Shown piece by piece: positions 50,437-61,923 of a stretch of 64,000 nucleotides of DNA (the first letter of the stretch is position 1; every line of letters begins with the position of its first letter). The notes beneath the pieces were generated by a model. It was not told the origin of the DNA and ran no database searches. It saw nothing but the letters and a program-made list of their open reading frames with translations. The translations under genes were made by a program, and so were the position numbers. This stretch comes from Candidatus Latescibacterota bacterium (lineage in GTDB: Bacteria; Latescibacterota; UBA2968; UBA8231), in NCBI GenBank assembly GCA_965223905.1, contig CBDCXV010000001.1, forward strand, positions 480,001 to 544,000, read 5' to 3'.

Positions 50437-51368
50437 GTGCCGAAACGGTCCCCCGGCCGCACCTGGTAACCCCGCACGAAGGCCTTCCAGGCCATGCGAT
50501 TGCGTCCCGATGGTTGCACTTCGTCGACGACGAGGGCCCCGTCCCCGGTGGCGATCACCAGGCCGGTTTCACCGTCGGTGGAAAGGACCGTGCCCGCGTC
50601 CGCTCGCAGGGCATCTTTCCAGGGGTGGGCGCGGTGAATCTTCAGTATCCGATCCCGTCCCCATGTCGTGAACGCTCCGGGAACGGGGTTGGCGCCGCGG
50701 ATGCGGTTGCGAACCGACTCGGTCGGCTGAGACCAGATCAGCCTGCCGTCTTCCCTGGACAGCTTCGGGGCCCTGCTGGCGCCTGAGGCCGGTTGCGGCC
50801 TGGGGTGAAGATCGCCTCGCTCCAGGCCATCGACCGTGGCGGCCACGAGATGTGCGCCGAGCGCGGCGAGGCGCTGCTCCAGTTCTCCGGCGGTTTCCTC
50901 ACTCCCCACGGCGACCCGCTGCTGCAGCAGGATGTCGCCGGCGTCGACCCGGGAGTTGAGGAGGATGGTCGTCGCCCCGGTTTCGCGCTCGCCGTTGAAC
51001 AGGGTCCAGGGAATGGGGGCGGCGCCGCGATAGGCGGGCAACAGCGAAGGGTGAAGGTTGACCGCTCCCATCGGCGGGACGGCGAGCAGCACATCCGGAA
51101 GGATCGAGAAAGCGACGACGACGAACAGATCGCAGCCGAAGGCGGACAGGGTTTCGGGCAGTCCTGGATCGGCAACCGATTCGGGCTGCAGACAGGGTAA
51201 CCCGAGTTCAGCGGCGGCGGCTTTAACGGCTGGCGGGGAGGTCCTGCGACCCCGGCCTCGGGGACGGTCGGGGTTGGTGACGACGGCGACCACGTCGTGC
51301 CGGTTCGCCGCCAGGACGCGAAGCGATGGAAGGGCGAATTCCGGTGTACCCATGAACAGGATTTTCAT
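50433..51368 (-). CDS. fmt: Methionyl-tRNA formyltransferase
   Basis: FMGTPEFA, VVTNPDRP, NLHPSLLPAYRGAAPI. Confidence 0.96.
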   Translation of the reverse strand: MKILFMGTPEFALPSLRVLAANRHDVVAVVTNPDRPRGRGRRTSPPAVKAAAAELGLPCLQPESVADPGLPETLSAFGCDLFVVVAFSILPDVLLAVPPMGAVNLHPSLLPAYRGAAPIPWTLFNGERETGATTILLNSRVDAGDILLQQRVAVGSEETAGELEQRLAALGAHLVAATVDGLERGDLHPRPQPASGASRAPKLSREDGRLIWSQPTESVRNRIRGANPVPGAFTTWGRDRILKIHRAHPWKDALRADAGTVLSTDGETGLVIATGDGALVVDEVQPSGRNRMAWKAFVRGYQVRPGDRFGT

Positions 51369-51420
51369 CGTGCATCGGGGAACAACTGCGGGGAAAGCGC
51401 CGTCGGCGCCTGCGGGAAGG

Positions 51421-51756
51421 CTACTTTTCGTCGCCGTTCTTGACGCGCTGCACGGCCGCTCGCGAGAGATCGACCTTGACGTTCTCGGCGATTTTCACGA
51501 CGAGGACGTCGTCCTTGATGTTGAGGATCACCCCGTGGATACCGCCGTTCGTAACGATGCGGTCTCCCTTTTCCAGCTCGTCGATCATGCGCTGCTGCGC
51601 TTTCTGCTTCTTGATCTGCGGGCGCAGAATGAGCAGGTAGAGGACGAGGAACATCAGGACAAACGGCAGCAGCTGCACCAACGGCGCGCCGCCCCCGGCG
51701 CCCTCGGCTCCGCTGCCTCCCATGGCATGGGCGGCGTCTGGGAAGAAGAACAGCAA
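51421..51756 (-). CDS. yajC: Preprotein translocase subunit YajC
   Basis: TM followed by RPQ.K, LEKGDRIVTNGGIHG. Confidence 0.93.
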   Translation of the reverse strand: MLFFFPDAAHAMGGSGAEGAGGGAPLVQLLPFVLMFLVLYLLILRPQIKKQKAQQRMIDELEKGDRIVTNGGIHGVILNIKDDVLVVKIAENVKVDLSRAAVQRVKNGDEK

Positions 51757-51810
51757 GACAACCTCTCTTTCGGTCGTTCTGTTGCGAAGGATTCCGAAAG
51801 ATAACGCCTG

Positions 51811-54183
<2,373 letters not shown>

Positions 54184-54237
54184 TCACTCCGCCGGAAGAA
54201 ACGGCGCGAAGCGAGGAGAAGGGGAGGAGAGGGGAAC

Positions 54238-54939
54238 CTACTCGGAAAGTTGTTTGAGCGCGGACCAGGAGAGCGAAGGAAAATGCGTGGAACCGGCCTT
54301 GGGCGATTCCTCCTCCTCCTCGCTACAGTCGCCTTCACGAGGATCGTCGATCCAGCGCACGATGCGCCAGATCCCGTCGTCGCCCTCACGCAGCTTGAAG
54401 GTCATGTCCTGATCGACCTGGAAGCCGTCGTCGTCGGTTTTCAGCAGCAGGATTAGGACCTTGCCCCGGAATACTTCCCAGTCCTCGTCCGGGTGTCCGT
54501 CCGGATCCCCCTCGAAGGCCATCGGGCGCTCCCGCCCCAGTTCGGTCTTGCGCTCGATCAGTTGAAACTCCCATTCCACGGTGCGGTAAACGTCGAATAT
54601 GCCGCGGCTGCTGCCGTCGCGGGTGCCCATGATCTCCAGCTCTTCTTCGCGCCCGTTAAAGTAGACCAGGTTTCCGTGACAATCGTCCTCCGTGAACCAG
54701 AAACGCTCGTCGAGAAGGGTCTCGTAGAGGTTCTTGTCGCGCTCGTTGAAGGCGCGCTCGAGGTTGTCCATCACGATCCCCGGCTCGGTCGCCTCCTCTG
54801 CGGGAGGGGGTTCCACATCGGGGGGAGGCCTGGGAGGGATAGTGGGCGTTGGAGCGAATGGGTTGCCGCAGGCCGTCAGGAGAACGCTGGCCGCCACTGC
54901 CACTGCGGCAAATGAGAAGTTTCTTCGAGTCGTTTCCAT
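54238..54939 (-). CDS. Hypothetical lipoprotein (possibly NTF2-like fold)
   Basis: Lipobox LTAC-GNPFAP; Pro-rich linker; ends WRIVRWID. Confidence 0.7.
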   Translation of the reverse strand: METTRRNFSFAAVAVAASVLLTACGNPFAPTPTIPPRPPPDVEPPPAEEATEPGIVMDNLERAFNERDKNLYETLLDERFWFTEDDCHGNLVYFNGREEELEIMGTRDGSSRGIFDVYRTVEWEFQLIERKTELGRERPMAFEGDPDGHPDEDWEVFRGKVLILLLKTDDDGFQVDQDMTFKLREGDDGIWRIVRWIDDPREGDCSEEEEESPKAGSTHFPSLSWSALKQLSE

Positions 54940-55706
54940 CACTGTGAAAACTCCCCTCTCAATTTGGTCCACGACTTCTTGGCCGACGCCTGATCGCGAA
55001 AATCCCGCCACCGCTCGATGGTCCAAGCCGGGTTATCCTGGCTCGGGGTGGCAACATCGACCTCCATCCGGCCCCTGATGTTAAAAATGGTCGCGGTAAC
55101 TCCTTCGCGCGGCTGCTCCGTGAACTCGATCTCGTAGTTGAAAATATAACGCTCGACCAGGGGATTGTCCCCGAGGATGCGCTGGTCCCTGGTCGAATTG
55201 TACCAGCGCTGGAAGCTGATTTTTTGAAAGCGCTCCTTGTCGAGCACCAGGCTGGCAAAACGGCGCTCCTGGGAATGCGTCCACAGCGTGTCGAGGTCGG
55301 CCTCGGGGTTGTAGTCATCCGGCGGATTGAACACCTCGAGAAACAGCTGTATGTCGTCGGCGTCCGGGACGAACAGGAAACTCTCCTCCAGCTGGTCCAG
55401 GTACTGCACCGGACTGAATCCGCGAAAGCTGTCGCGGACATTGAACAAGACGGCTTCAGGGGTCGTCGGTTCCCTGAGAGCGAGAAGGATGCCGCTGGGG
55501 CAGTCGGGAGTGCGGCCCCCGAAGGGGCTTGACGGGTCGGTGCGCTCGGATACGAGGTCCGCATCGGCGCATTTCGGAAAACTTTTTAGATCCGTCGTCT
55601 CGGTGCAGCGGCACTCGACCTCGGCGCCTTCCTCCAGGCTGCACCCGGACAGAATCCAGAGCACTGCCGGAATTGCGGCTTGCTGAATGGAAATTCTCCT
55701 AAACAC
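54939..55706 (-). CDS. Hypothetical lipoprotein, paralog of the neighbouring gene
   Basis: Lipobox LSGC; PTTPEAVLFNV..Y..L..F.F; WTIERWRD. Confidence 0.7.
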   Translation of the reverse strand: MFRRISIQQAAIPAVLWILSGCSLEEGAEVECRCTETTDLKSFPKCADADLVSERTDPSSPFGGRTPDCPSGILLALREPTTPEAVLFNVRDSFRGFSPVQYLDQLEESFLFVPDADDIQLFLEVFNPPDDYNPEADLDTLWTHSQERRFASLVLDKERFQKISFQRWYNSTRDQRILGDNPLVERYIFNYEIEFTEQPREGVTATIFNIRGRMEVDVATPSQDNPAWTIERWRDFRDQASAKKSWTKLRGEFSQ

Positions 55707-56730
55707 TGAACGGGACCGGGCTGAAGCAGGAGGCGAAGATGACGAAGCAGAGCACCCCGATACGCCGGCGCCGGCGATCCAGGGGAATGTTGGGAAAAAA
55801 CGGTGCGGGATGGTCCCTGCCCAGCAGGGCGAGCAGGAAAGCGAGGAAAATCCACCCCGGCCACCCTGGCGGCAACTCCAACATTTTCCAGAAAATACCG
55901 TGCAGTCCGAGCCCTATCAACAAGGCGAAGGTTGCGCGGGCGATGTAGCGGTGCCAGGGACCGAAAACGGCGTACGAAACATGGCCGCCGTCGAGCTGAC
56001 CGACAGGAAACAGGTTGAACGCCGTGATGAACAGGCCCACCCAGCCGGCAAAGGCGACTGGGCTGAGAAGCACCATGTCGCCCGGCTCGATCACCGGCAT
56101 CAGCCAGGCGGAAAGGATCGCGAAAATCGGCGGGGCACCGAGCTGCCAGAACGGCTCTGGATTTGCGAACGGGAGCTGCTCGAAGTATCCGGCGTCAACG
56201 ACGCGCGACTGCGGCAGACCGACGACGCAGGCTGCCAGAGCCACGACGAAGCCGGCCAGCGGACCGGAAGCGCCGATATCGAGAAGGGCTCTCTTGTGAG
56301 GTATGGGGGACCGGATGCGAATCACCGCTCCCAGGGTGCCGAGAAAGGATATGTATGGCAGCGGGATGAAGTACGGAAGGGAGGCTTTCACGCCCCAGCG
56401 GCGGGCGGCGAAATAATGGCCGAATTCGTGGACCGTGAGGATGCCCAGCAAGGTCGCTGCGAAGGGAATGCCCTCGACGAGGTGCACGAGCCGCTCGAAG
56501 CCGAAAAAGGGGTTCACTCCGCTCTGTATCGCCCCGGCCGCCGTCATTGAGAACAGGGTCAGCAGGAACAGGGCGGCGTGCAGGACGGGACTGGAGGCGC
56601 GCCCGCTCCTCGGCCCTGCGGCGAACACGGATGGCTTGCCGGCGGTTCGCTCCCGCACCTTTTCGAATTCGAGGTGGCCATGCCGCGAACTCGGACGCGG
56701 GGCCGGAGGCCGCTTGCGCCAGAGGTGCAT
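55699..56730 (-). CDS. Site-2 protease (M50) intramembrane metalloprotease
   Basis: HEFGH, LPYFIP, GTLGA, ASGPLAG, NLFPVGQLDGGH. Confidence 0.92.
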   Translation of the reverse strand: MHLWRKRPPAPRPSSRHGHLEFEKVRERTAGKPSVFAAGPRSGRASSPVLHAALFLLTLFSMTAAGAIQSGVNPFFGFERLVHLVEGIPFAATLLGILTVHEFGHYFAARRWGVKASLPYFIPLPYISFLGTLGAVIRIRSPIPHKRALLDIGASGPLAGFVVALAACVVGLPQSRVVDAGYFEQLPFANPEPFWQLGAPPIFAILSAWLMPVIEPGDMVLLSPVAFAGWVGLFITAFNLFPVGQLDGGHVSYAVFGPWHRYIARATFALLIGLGLHGIFWKMLELPPGWPGWIFLAFLLALLGRDHPAPFFPNIPLDRRRRRIGVLCFVIFASCFSPVPFSV

Positions 56731-57668
56731 TACGGCATCTGCAAGGCGGGAGCTCTCGCTGGCGCCCGCGCCGCGCTACGGTACAGACTGAGGCGATGCC
56801 CCTGACCGAGGCCGGATGCAAACGGCACGTAGGCGTAATCGAGGCGCCAGGATCGCACCTGCAACCCGAAGCCGGCCGACAACGAGCGGCGGGACCCGGT
56901 TTGGTAGCCTCCCCGCAGCAGAAGGGTTGTCGACAGCGGCCACTCGACACCGCCGTGAAAGCTGGAGCCGTACCCCTGGGCCAGCTGGACTTCGAGCAGG
57001 GCAAGCCGACTTGCCAGCGGTTCGAAGGGCTTTCCGAAGCAGTTGCAGGCGAGGGCGATGCGCAACTGGCCCGGCAGCTCCGTGGAATCGTTCGCAAGGG
57101 GATTCATGGCGCCGAAATTCCGCACCGAGCCGCCGACTCGAAGGTGGTCGCCCAGCCGATACAGAATCCCGAAATCGAGGGCCGCACCCAGCGCCGACTC
57201 GGTATGAATCGACTGCCGGATCAGTTTCCCGGCGGCTCCTATCTGCAGGTTTTCTGTCGAACGCCGGCCGTACCCAAGGCCGAAAGCCCACTCGTACACT
57301 CCGAATTCACCGAGCGGCTCGTGGCTGGGTCCCACGCGGCGCTCCAGCCCGGCGGCGCGAGAAAGCGACAGCTGGGCCGACAGAATGCCGGCTCCCAGCG
57401 GCTGCAGGGCGGTTGCGTACTCGTGCCGGGTGTCCTGAACCCAGCTGCTGTGCGTCACCCCCAGGCGACCCCCCGCGGCGCTGACCGCTGCCGGGTTGGC
57501 CGCGGCGGCATCGATATCGGCAAGAGCCGCGGCGGCCTCCCCGAGGGCGGTCGCGCGCGCACCCGAGCCGAGCAGCAGGAACGGCAGCCCGGAGGCGCCG
57601 GCGCCCGCCGCCCAGGACAGCAGGAAGGCGGCGACCGCAAAGCGAGCGCCAGCCGTCGCCGGGCTCAT
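56730..57668 (-). CDS. PorV/PorQ-family outer-membrane beta-barrel
   Basis: FLLLGSGARATALGEA..NPA N-terminus; LDYAY..GLG..HRLSL C-terminus. Confidence 0.8.
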   Translation of the reverse strand: MSPATAGARFAVAAFLLSWAAGAGASGLPFLLLGSGARATALGEAAAALADIDAAAANPAAVSAAGGRLGVTHSSWVQDTRHEYATALQPLGAGILSAQLSLSRAAGLERRVGPSHEPLGEFGVYEWAFGLGYGRRSTENLQIGAAGKLIRQSIHTESALGAALDFGILYRLGDHLRVGGSVRNFGAMNPLANDSTELPGQLRIALACNCFGKPFEPLASRLALLEVQLAQGYGSSFHGGVEWPLSTTLLLRGGYQTGSRRSLSAGFGLQVRSWRLDYAYVPFASGLGQGHRLSLYRSAARAPARAPALQMP

Positions 57669-58621
57669 CAGAAGGCGGCTCCCACCCCGATCAGGGTGCG
57701 CGCCCCGGCATCGAGTTCATCGCCGACGTAGGCGTAGTGAAACTGCACCGTATCGATTCTCATCGGCCGCAGGGTCAGCCCGAATGCCGGCGCCCCGAAA
57801 ATGCCTGCCGCCCCGATACGCGCCAGCCCCGCCCGCACCGTCAACAGCGGGTTCACCTTCCATTCGCCTCCCAGACTGGCGAAAGGTGCAATCGTATCGA
57901 AGCGGAAATCGGCGGCGATCAATACTCCTTCCGCCGGCCTGTGGGCCGTCCCCAGCGACAGGCTAACCGGGAGCACTTCGGTGCTTCGATTCTTCTTGTC
58001 GGAGGCCTGCAGCACCGTCCACCGCAGCCTGGAACCGAGTCCCTTCAGACCGGCTGCCAGCGCTGTTTTTTCCGACAGGGAATAGTGCAGGTGAAGATCG
58101 AGCCCCCTTCCCGTAGCGGTCGAAGCGCCGGTTTGCGGCACCTCGATTCGATGCCGGAGGATCTTCACGCCTGCCCCGGCGGAGAACTTTTCGCCGAGGG
58201 GGATGCCCAGGGCGAAGAAGAAGGCGTTCTCGCTGTCGTCGATGTCGCCGAAGGGATCGCCGGCCCCGGTGCGCGCCTTGAGATCGCCGACCGAAGCATG
58301 TATCCAGGCCAGGCCGAAAGCGAGGCCGCCGCGGCGGTTGAACGCTGCGGCCAGGCTGTCCCGCCTGCGGTCGAGGCTCAGCCGGTGCAGCGAAGCGGAG
58401 GCGGTGAGTCCGAGGTTGCGGGTGAGTCGCGCGGCGTTCCAGTAGATCGCGGACTCGTCGTCGACGACCGCGGAGAACGCATTCCCCATTCCAGGGCCGC
58501 GGGTGCCGAGCCCGCTCTCTAGATACGCTCCCCCGTACTCACCCGAAGCGGGTGAGCTGATCGCGGCCAGGATGGCGGCGGTTGCGGCCAGCGGCTGCAG
58601 GAGCTCGCGCGCGCGCGTCAA
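57668..58621 (-). CDS. PorV/PorQ-family outer-membrane beta-barrel
   Basis: GLGTRGPGMGNAFSAVVDDESAIYWNAA; FHYAY; C-terminal Phe. Confidence 0.8.
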   Translation of the reverse strand: MTRARELLQPLAATAAILAAISSPASGEYGGAYLESGLGTRGPGMGNAFSAVVDDESAIYWNAARLTRNLGLTASASLHRLSLDRRRDSLAAAFNRRGGLAFGLAWIHASVGDLKARTGAGDPFGDIDDSENAFFFALGIPLGEKFSAGAGVKILRHRIEVPQTGASTATGRGLDLHLHYSLSEKTALAAGLKGLGSRLRWTVLQASDKKNRSTEVLPVSLSLGTAHRPAEGVLIAADFRFDTIAPFASLGGEWKVNPLLTVRAGLARIGAAGIFGAPAFGLTLRPMRIDTVQFHYAYVGDELDAGARTLIGVGAAF

Positions 58622-60294
58622 TCCAGCACCACCACCTTGCCGAAGGCCACGCCGTCATCCGTGCTCAGGCGGTAGAAGTAGACGCCGTTGGCCACGAGGT
58701 CGCCGTCGTCGTCCCGGCCATCCCAGTTGATGTAGTGGTATCCCTGTCCGGAGCGCGGTTGCCTCACCGCGAGTTCGCGCACAGGGCGGCTGGAGAAATC
58801 GTAGAGGGAAATTGAGACCTCAGCGGGGTCTCGCAGGCCGAAGACGATGCGGGTGTTCTCGTCGCGCGAAGGGGAAAACGGGCTCGGAGCGGCGTAGGTG
58901 ACGGCGCTGTCCGGATCGGCAACGCCACCTACGCCGATGAAGTCTCCCGAATCGAGGGCCCGCGTTTTCAGGGGAAACGCCAGAATCCGCCATTCAATGA
59001 CGGCGACGGATTCGCCGTCCGGGGTGGCGATCTTGGCCTGGGCGAGACCGTTCTCAGCCCCGACCCAGAGCGTCTTCCCTCCCTCTGTGTTCGGCGAAAT
59101 TTCCACGCCGACGAAGGGCTCGCGCAGCTGGTCTCGCGACTGAAGGTCCTCGACCGCGACCGTTTCCCATGTGAAGCCGGCGTCGCCGCTGCGGAGCAGA
59201 CCGTCGTTGCTGGCCGCCCAGACCGCGTCCTCGGCGAAGGCGAATCCCCATGCAAACGTCGGCGCGCCGGACTGCCAGGATTCGCCGTCGTCCGCGGTGA
59301 AGTTGATGGCAGCAGTTTCCAGGTTCGTCGGCCCCAGGTTCGCCCCGGCCCAGACGACGCTGCCACCGGGGCGCCGCTGCCTCGCGAGGGCAACCACCCA
59401 GTTGGCGCTCAGACTGCCGGCCAACCGCTCTCCGAACTCGTCGAAGGCGGCCCGGGAATGCCTCCAGGTGGTTCCTCCATCGAAGCTGCGGGCAACGCCG
59501 CCGGAGGTTCCGATCCAGACGGTGTCGTTGTAGGCGAGCGCCGAGAAGGTGCGATGTACGAACGATTGCAGGTCGAGGCTGTCGGCCGCGGCGCGAGCCT
59601 CCCGCACCCTTTCTTCATCGACGTCGCCGCTGTTGGCCAGGCTGTCGGCGAGGATGCGAAACAACTCGGCGTCGTTGTCCCCTTTTCCATAGACGATTTC
59701 GCTGGCGCCGTCTGGAAGGACCCGTTCCCAGGTGCGGCCTGCGTCGCGGGAGCGCACCGAGGAGCCGGCGAAGAAGGTTGCCCAGATCGTGTCGCCGTCG
59801 AGTGCGAGCCCGAAACAAGCGTTGTTGACCGCAGTGGCCGGGCCGCGCGCGAAGGAAGGGCGCGACGGATCGAAGATGGCTTCGTTGGGAATGTGATCCC
59901 ATGTCTCCCCGGCGTTCAGACTGAAACTCAGGCCACCGCCTGCCTGGCCGGACCCCAGTGTCGTGTCGAAAAGGGTGGCTGCCCATACGGTGTCGCCGGC
60001 CGCTGCCAGGGCGCTTACCGCACCGCGCCCGAGGCCGTGGGATTCCGTGAAGGTTACCCAGTCGCTGTCCTTGCTGCCGCTGCTGAGGGACGGGTCGAGG
60101 CGCGCCAAGCCGCGTTCGGTGGCGATCCACAGGTATCGGTCGCTCCAGACAATGTCGCCGATTTCGGTGCCGAGCAGGCCGGGTACAGGAGGAACTGCTT
60201 CTTGATGCGGAGTTTGCGGGAGGAGACTGGGTGCCGCCTGAAGGGGCAGTGCCGGGGCGGAAGCGACCGCCAGGACCAGCAGCAGACTACGCAT
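58618..60294 (-). CDS. Exported Asp-box beta-propeller protein with C-terminal FlgD-Ig/T9SS-type-A-like domain
   Basis: Signal peptide; five Asp-boxes (SLNAGETW, SRDAGRTW, SFDGGTTW, TADDGESW, SGDAGFTW); PSPFSP..WDGRDDDGDLVANGVYFYRL..KVVVL. Confidence 0.8.
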   Translation of the reverse strand: MRSLLLVLAVASAPALPLQAAPSLLPQTPHQEAVPPVPGLLGTEIGDIVWSDRYLWIATERGLARLDPSLSSGSKDSDWVTFTESHGLGRGAVSALAAAGDTVWAATLFDTTLGSGQAGGGLSFSLNAGETWDHIPNEAIFDPSRPSFARGPATAVNNACFGLALDGDTIWATFFAGSSVRSRDAGRTWERVLPDGASEIVYGKGDNDAELFRILADSLANSGDVDEERVREARAAADSLDLQSFVHRTFSALAYNDTVWIGTSGGVARSFDGGTTWRHSRAAFDEFGERLAGSLSANWVVALARQRRPGGSVVWAGANLGPTNLETAAINFTADDGESWQSGAPTFAWGFAFAEDAVWAASNDGLLRSGDAGFTWETVAVEDLQSRDQLREPFVGVEISPNTEGGKTLWVGAENGLAQAKIATPDGESVAVIEWRILAFPLKTRALDSGDFIGVGGVADPDSAVTYAAPSPFSPSRDENTRIVFGLRDPAEVSISLYDFSSRPVRELAVRQPRSGQGYHYINWDGRDDDGDLVANGVYFYRLSTDDGVAFGKVVVLD

Positions 60295-61114
60295 ACTCGG
60301 AGGCGCGCGCTTCGAGGGCCGCGATTGCCTCGCAACCTATTCCACAGTCTCCTATACGCGGTCCCGACTCTTCGCCGTGGCTGTCAGAGCCGCCCGTCGG
60401 CAAGAGTCCGTAGCGCTCGGCAAGTTGTGTGTAGTGTTCGATCTGGACGGGCTGGTGCGACGGGTGGAAAACCTCGATACCGTCCAGACCGGAGTCGACC
60501 AACCTGGTCAGCATCGCCAAGGGGCAGCTGTTGCCGGGGTGCGCCAGGACTGCGACGCCCCCCAGGCGGTGGACCATGGCGATCACGTCCGCGGCGGGGG
60601 ACCTCGGTTTCGGCACCGCTGCCGGGCGGCGGTCGCCGATGTAGCGATCGAAGGCCTCTTCCTTCGAGGCAACGGCCCCGCTTCCCACCATAGCCGCGGC
60701 GATATGCGGTCTTCCCAGGAGACCGCATATCGCGTGGCGCATCACTTCTTCGACGGAAATGGCGACCCCGAGCTGGTTGAGTCGTTCGACCATGGCGACC
60801 CCGCGTTCATGTCGCCTCCGGCGCAGCAGACCGACGTAATCGGTCAGGACCGGGTGCCGGCGGTGGATGAAGTAGGAGAGCAGATGTACCTCGCGGTCGC
60901 CGACGTGGGCGCTCAGCTCGATTCCGGGAATAACCCGCACCCCGGAACGGTGTCCGGCTTCCACCGCTTCTTCGACCCCCGCGACGGTGTCGTGGTCGGT
61001 CAGGCTGATGGCCCGTACACCGGCCAGGAGCGCCTCCCCGACCGCCTCCGCCGGGGTGCGCAGTCCGTCGGAGCAAAACGAGTGCATGTGGAGATCGGCG
61101 AGGTTGTAGCTCAC
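60287..61114 (-). CDS. PHP-domain metal-dependent phosphoesterase (TrpH/YciV-like)
   Basis: DLHMHS..SDG, TDHDT, GIELS, LAHP, GGSDSHG. Confidence 0.9.
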   Translation of the reverse strand: MSYNLADLHMHSFCSDGLRTPAEAVGEALLAGVRAISLTDHDTVAGVEEAVEAGHRSGVRVIPGIELSAHVGDREVHLLSYFIHRRHPVLTDYVGLLRRRRHERGVAMVERLNQLGVAISVEEVMRHAICGLLGRPHIAAAMVGSGAVASKEEAFDRYIGDRRPAAVPKPRSPAADVIAMVHRLGGVAVLAHPGNSCPLAMLTRLVDSGLDGIEVFHPSHQPVQIEHYTQLAERYGLLPTGGSDSHGEESGPRIGDCGIGCEAIAALEARASEYA

Positions 61115-61417
61115 GGCTAAACAACGAGGGTGGCGGTTGACCAGCCGGCATTGCCCGGCGGTGCGGGAACAGGATCGGAATCGAGTGGGAAGATAGCGAA
61201 ATCGAGGGTCGGTTGCCCGTCAGTTGCGTGGCAAAGCTCCAATAAACCGGTGCCGGTTTTCCGGATAACGAGTGGCTGCCCCTCGGCACCATGCCGTCTG
61301 AATCGGCGCGGGATCTGGTTGCCGGCTTCCATGTAACCTCATGGACGTGCAGAGGGACGGTGGGTTCCAACTGGGGCCGAAATCCGCACGGGGCCGTATG
61401 GCCCTTGGGGAAGGCGG

Positions 61418-61696
61418 TCAGAGATAGTTGAGCCCAAGCTCCGCAACGAGATTGCGGGTGCCGCCATCGAGCAGTGCACAGATCAGAGCGAAACCGAAAT
61501 CCCGCTCCAGCTCGTTGGCGTACTTCATCTGCTCGTCGCGAAAGTTGAGCCGCTGAAATCCGAGAACCGTGTCCTTGAAGCGGTCGGGAGATTCGTAGAT
61601 GACGACTTGGGCAAGCTCGGTGTTGGCGAGCGCATCGCTGACGAATTCGATGCCGAAAATTTCCTCGAGGGCAGTGCGCAGTTGACGATGGAGCAT
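61418..61696 (-). CDS. Hypothetical protein
   Basis: 92-aa ORF with protein-like composition, co-oriented with purC; no motif recognised. Confidence 0.5.
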   Translation of the reverse strand: MLHRQLRTALEEIFGIEFVSDALANTELAQVVIYESPDRFKDTVLGFQRLNFRDEQMKYANELERDFGFALICALLDGGTRNLVAELGLNYL

Positions 61697-61923
61697 GCCG
61701 GGGTATCTGCTGAGAACAACACTTTAGAATGGGTAGACTTCGTCGAGTTTCCGGCGCAATCGGATGCCGTCCTCCGAAGCGCGGTTCAGTACGATCTCGA
61801 TCACGGGCCGCCGCAACCAGGCCAGGGCAATCAATCCCATGTCGAGAGGAATCTGCCGTGTTTCCAGGCGCAGTACCAGCGCCGCGGAGATGAGGCTTTT
61901 TATCACGGGTGCCTGGCAGGACG

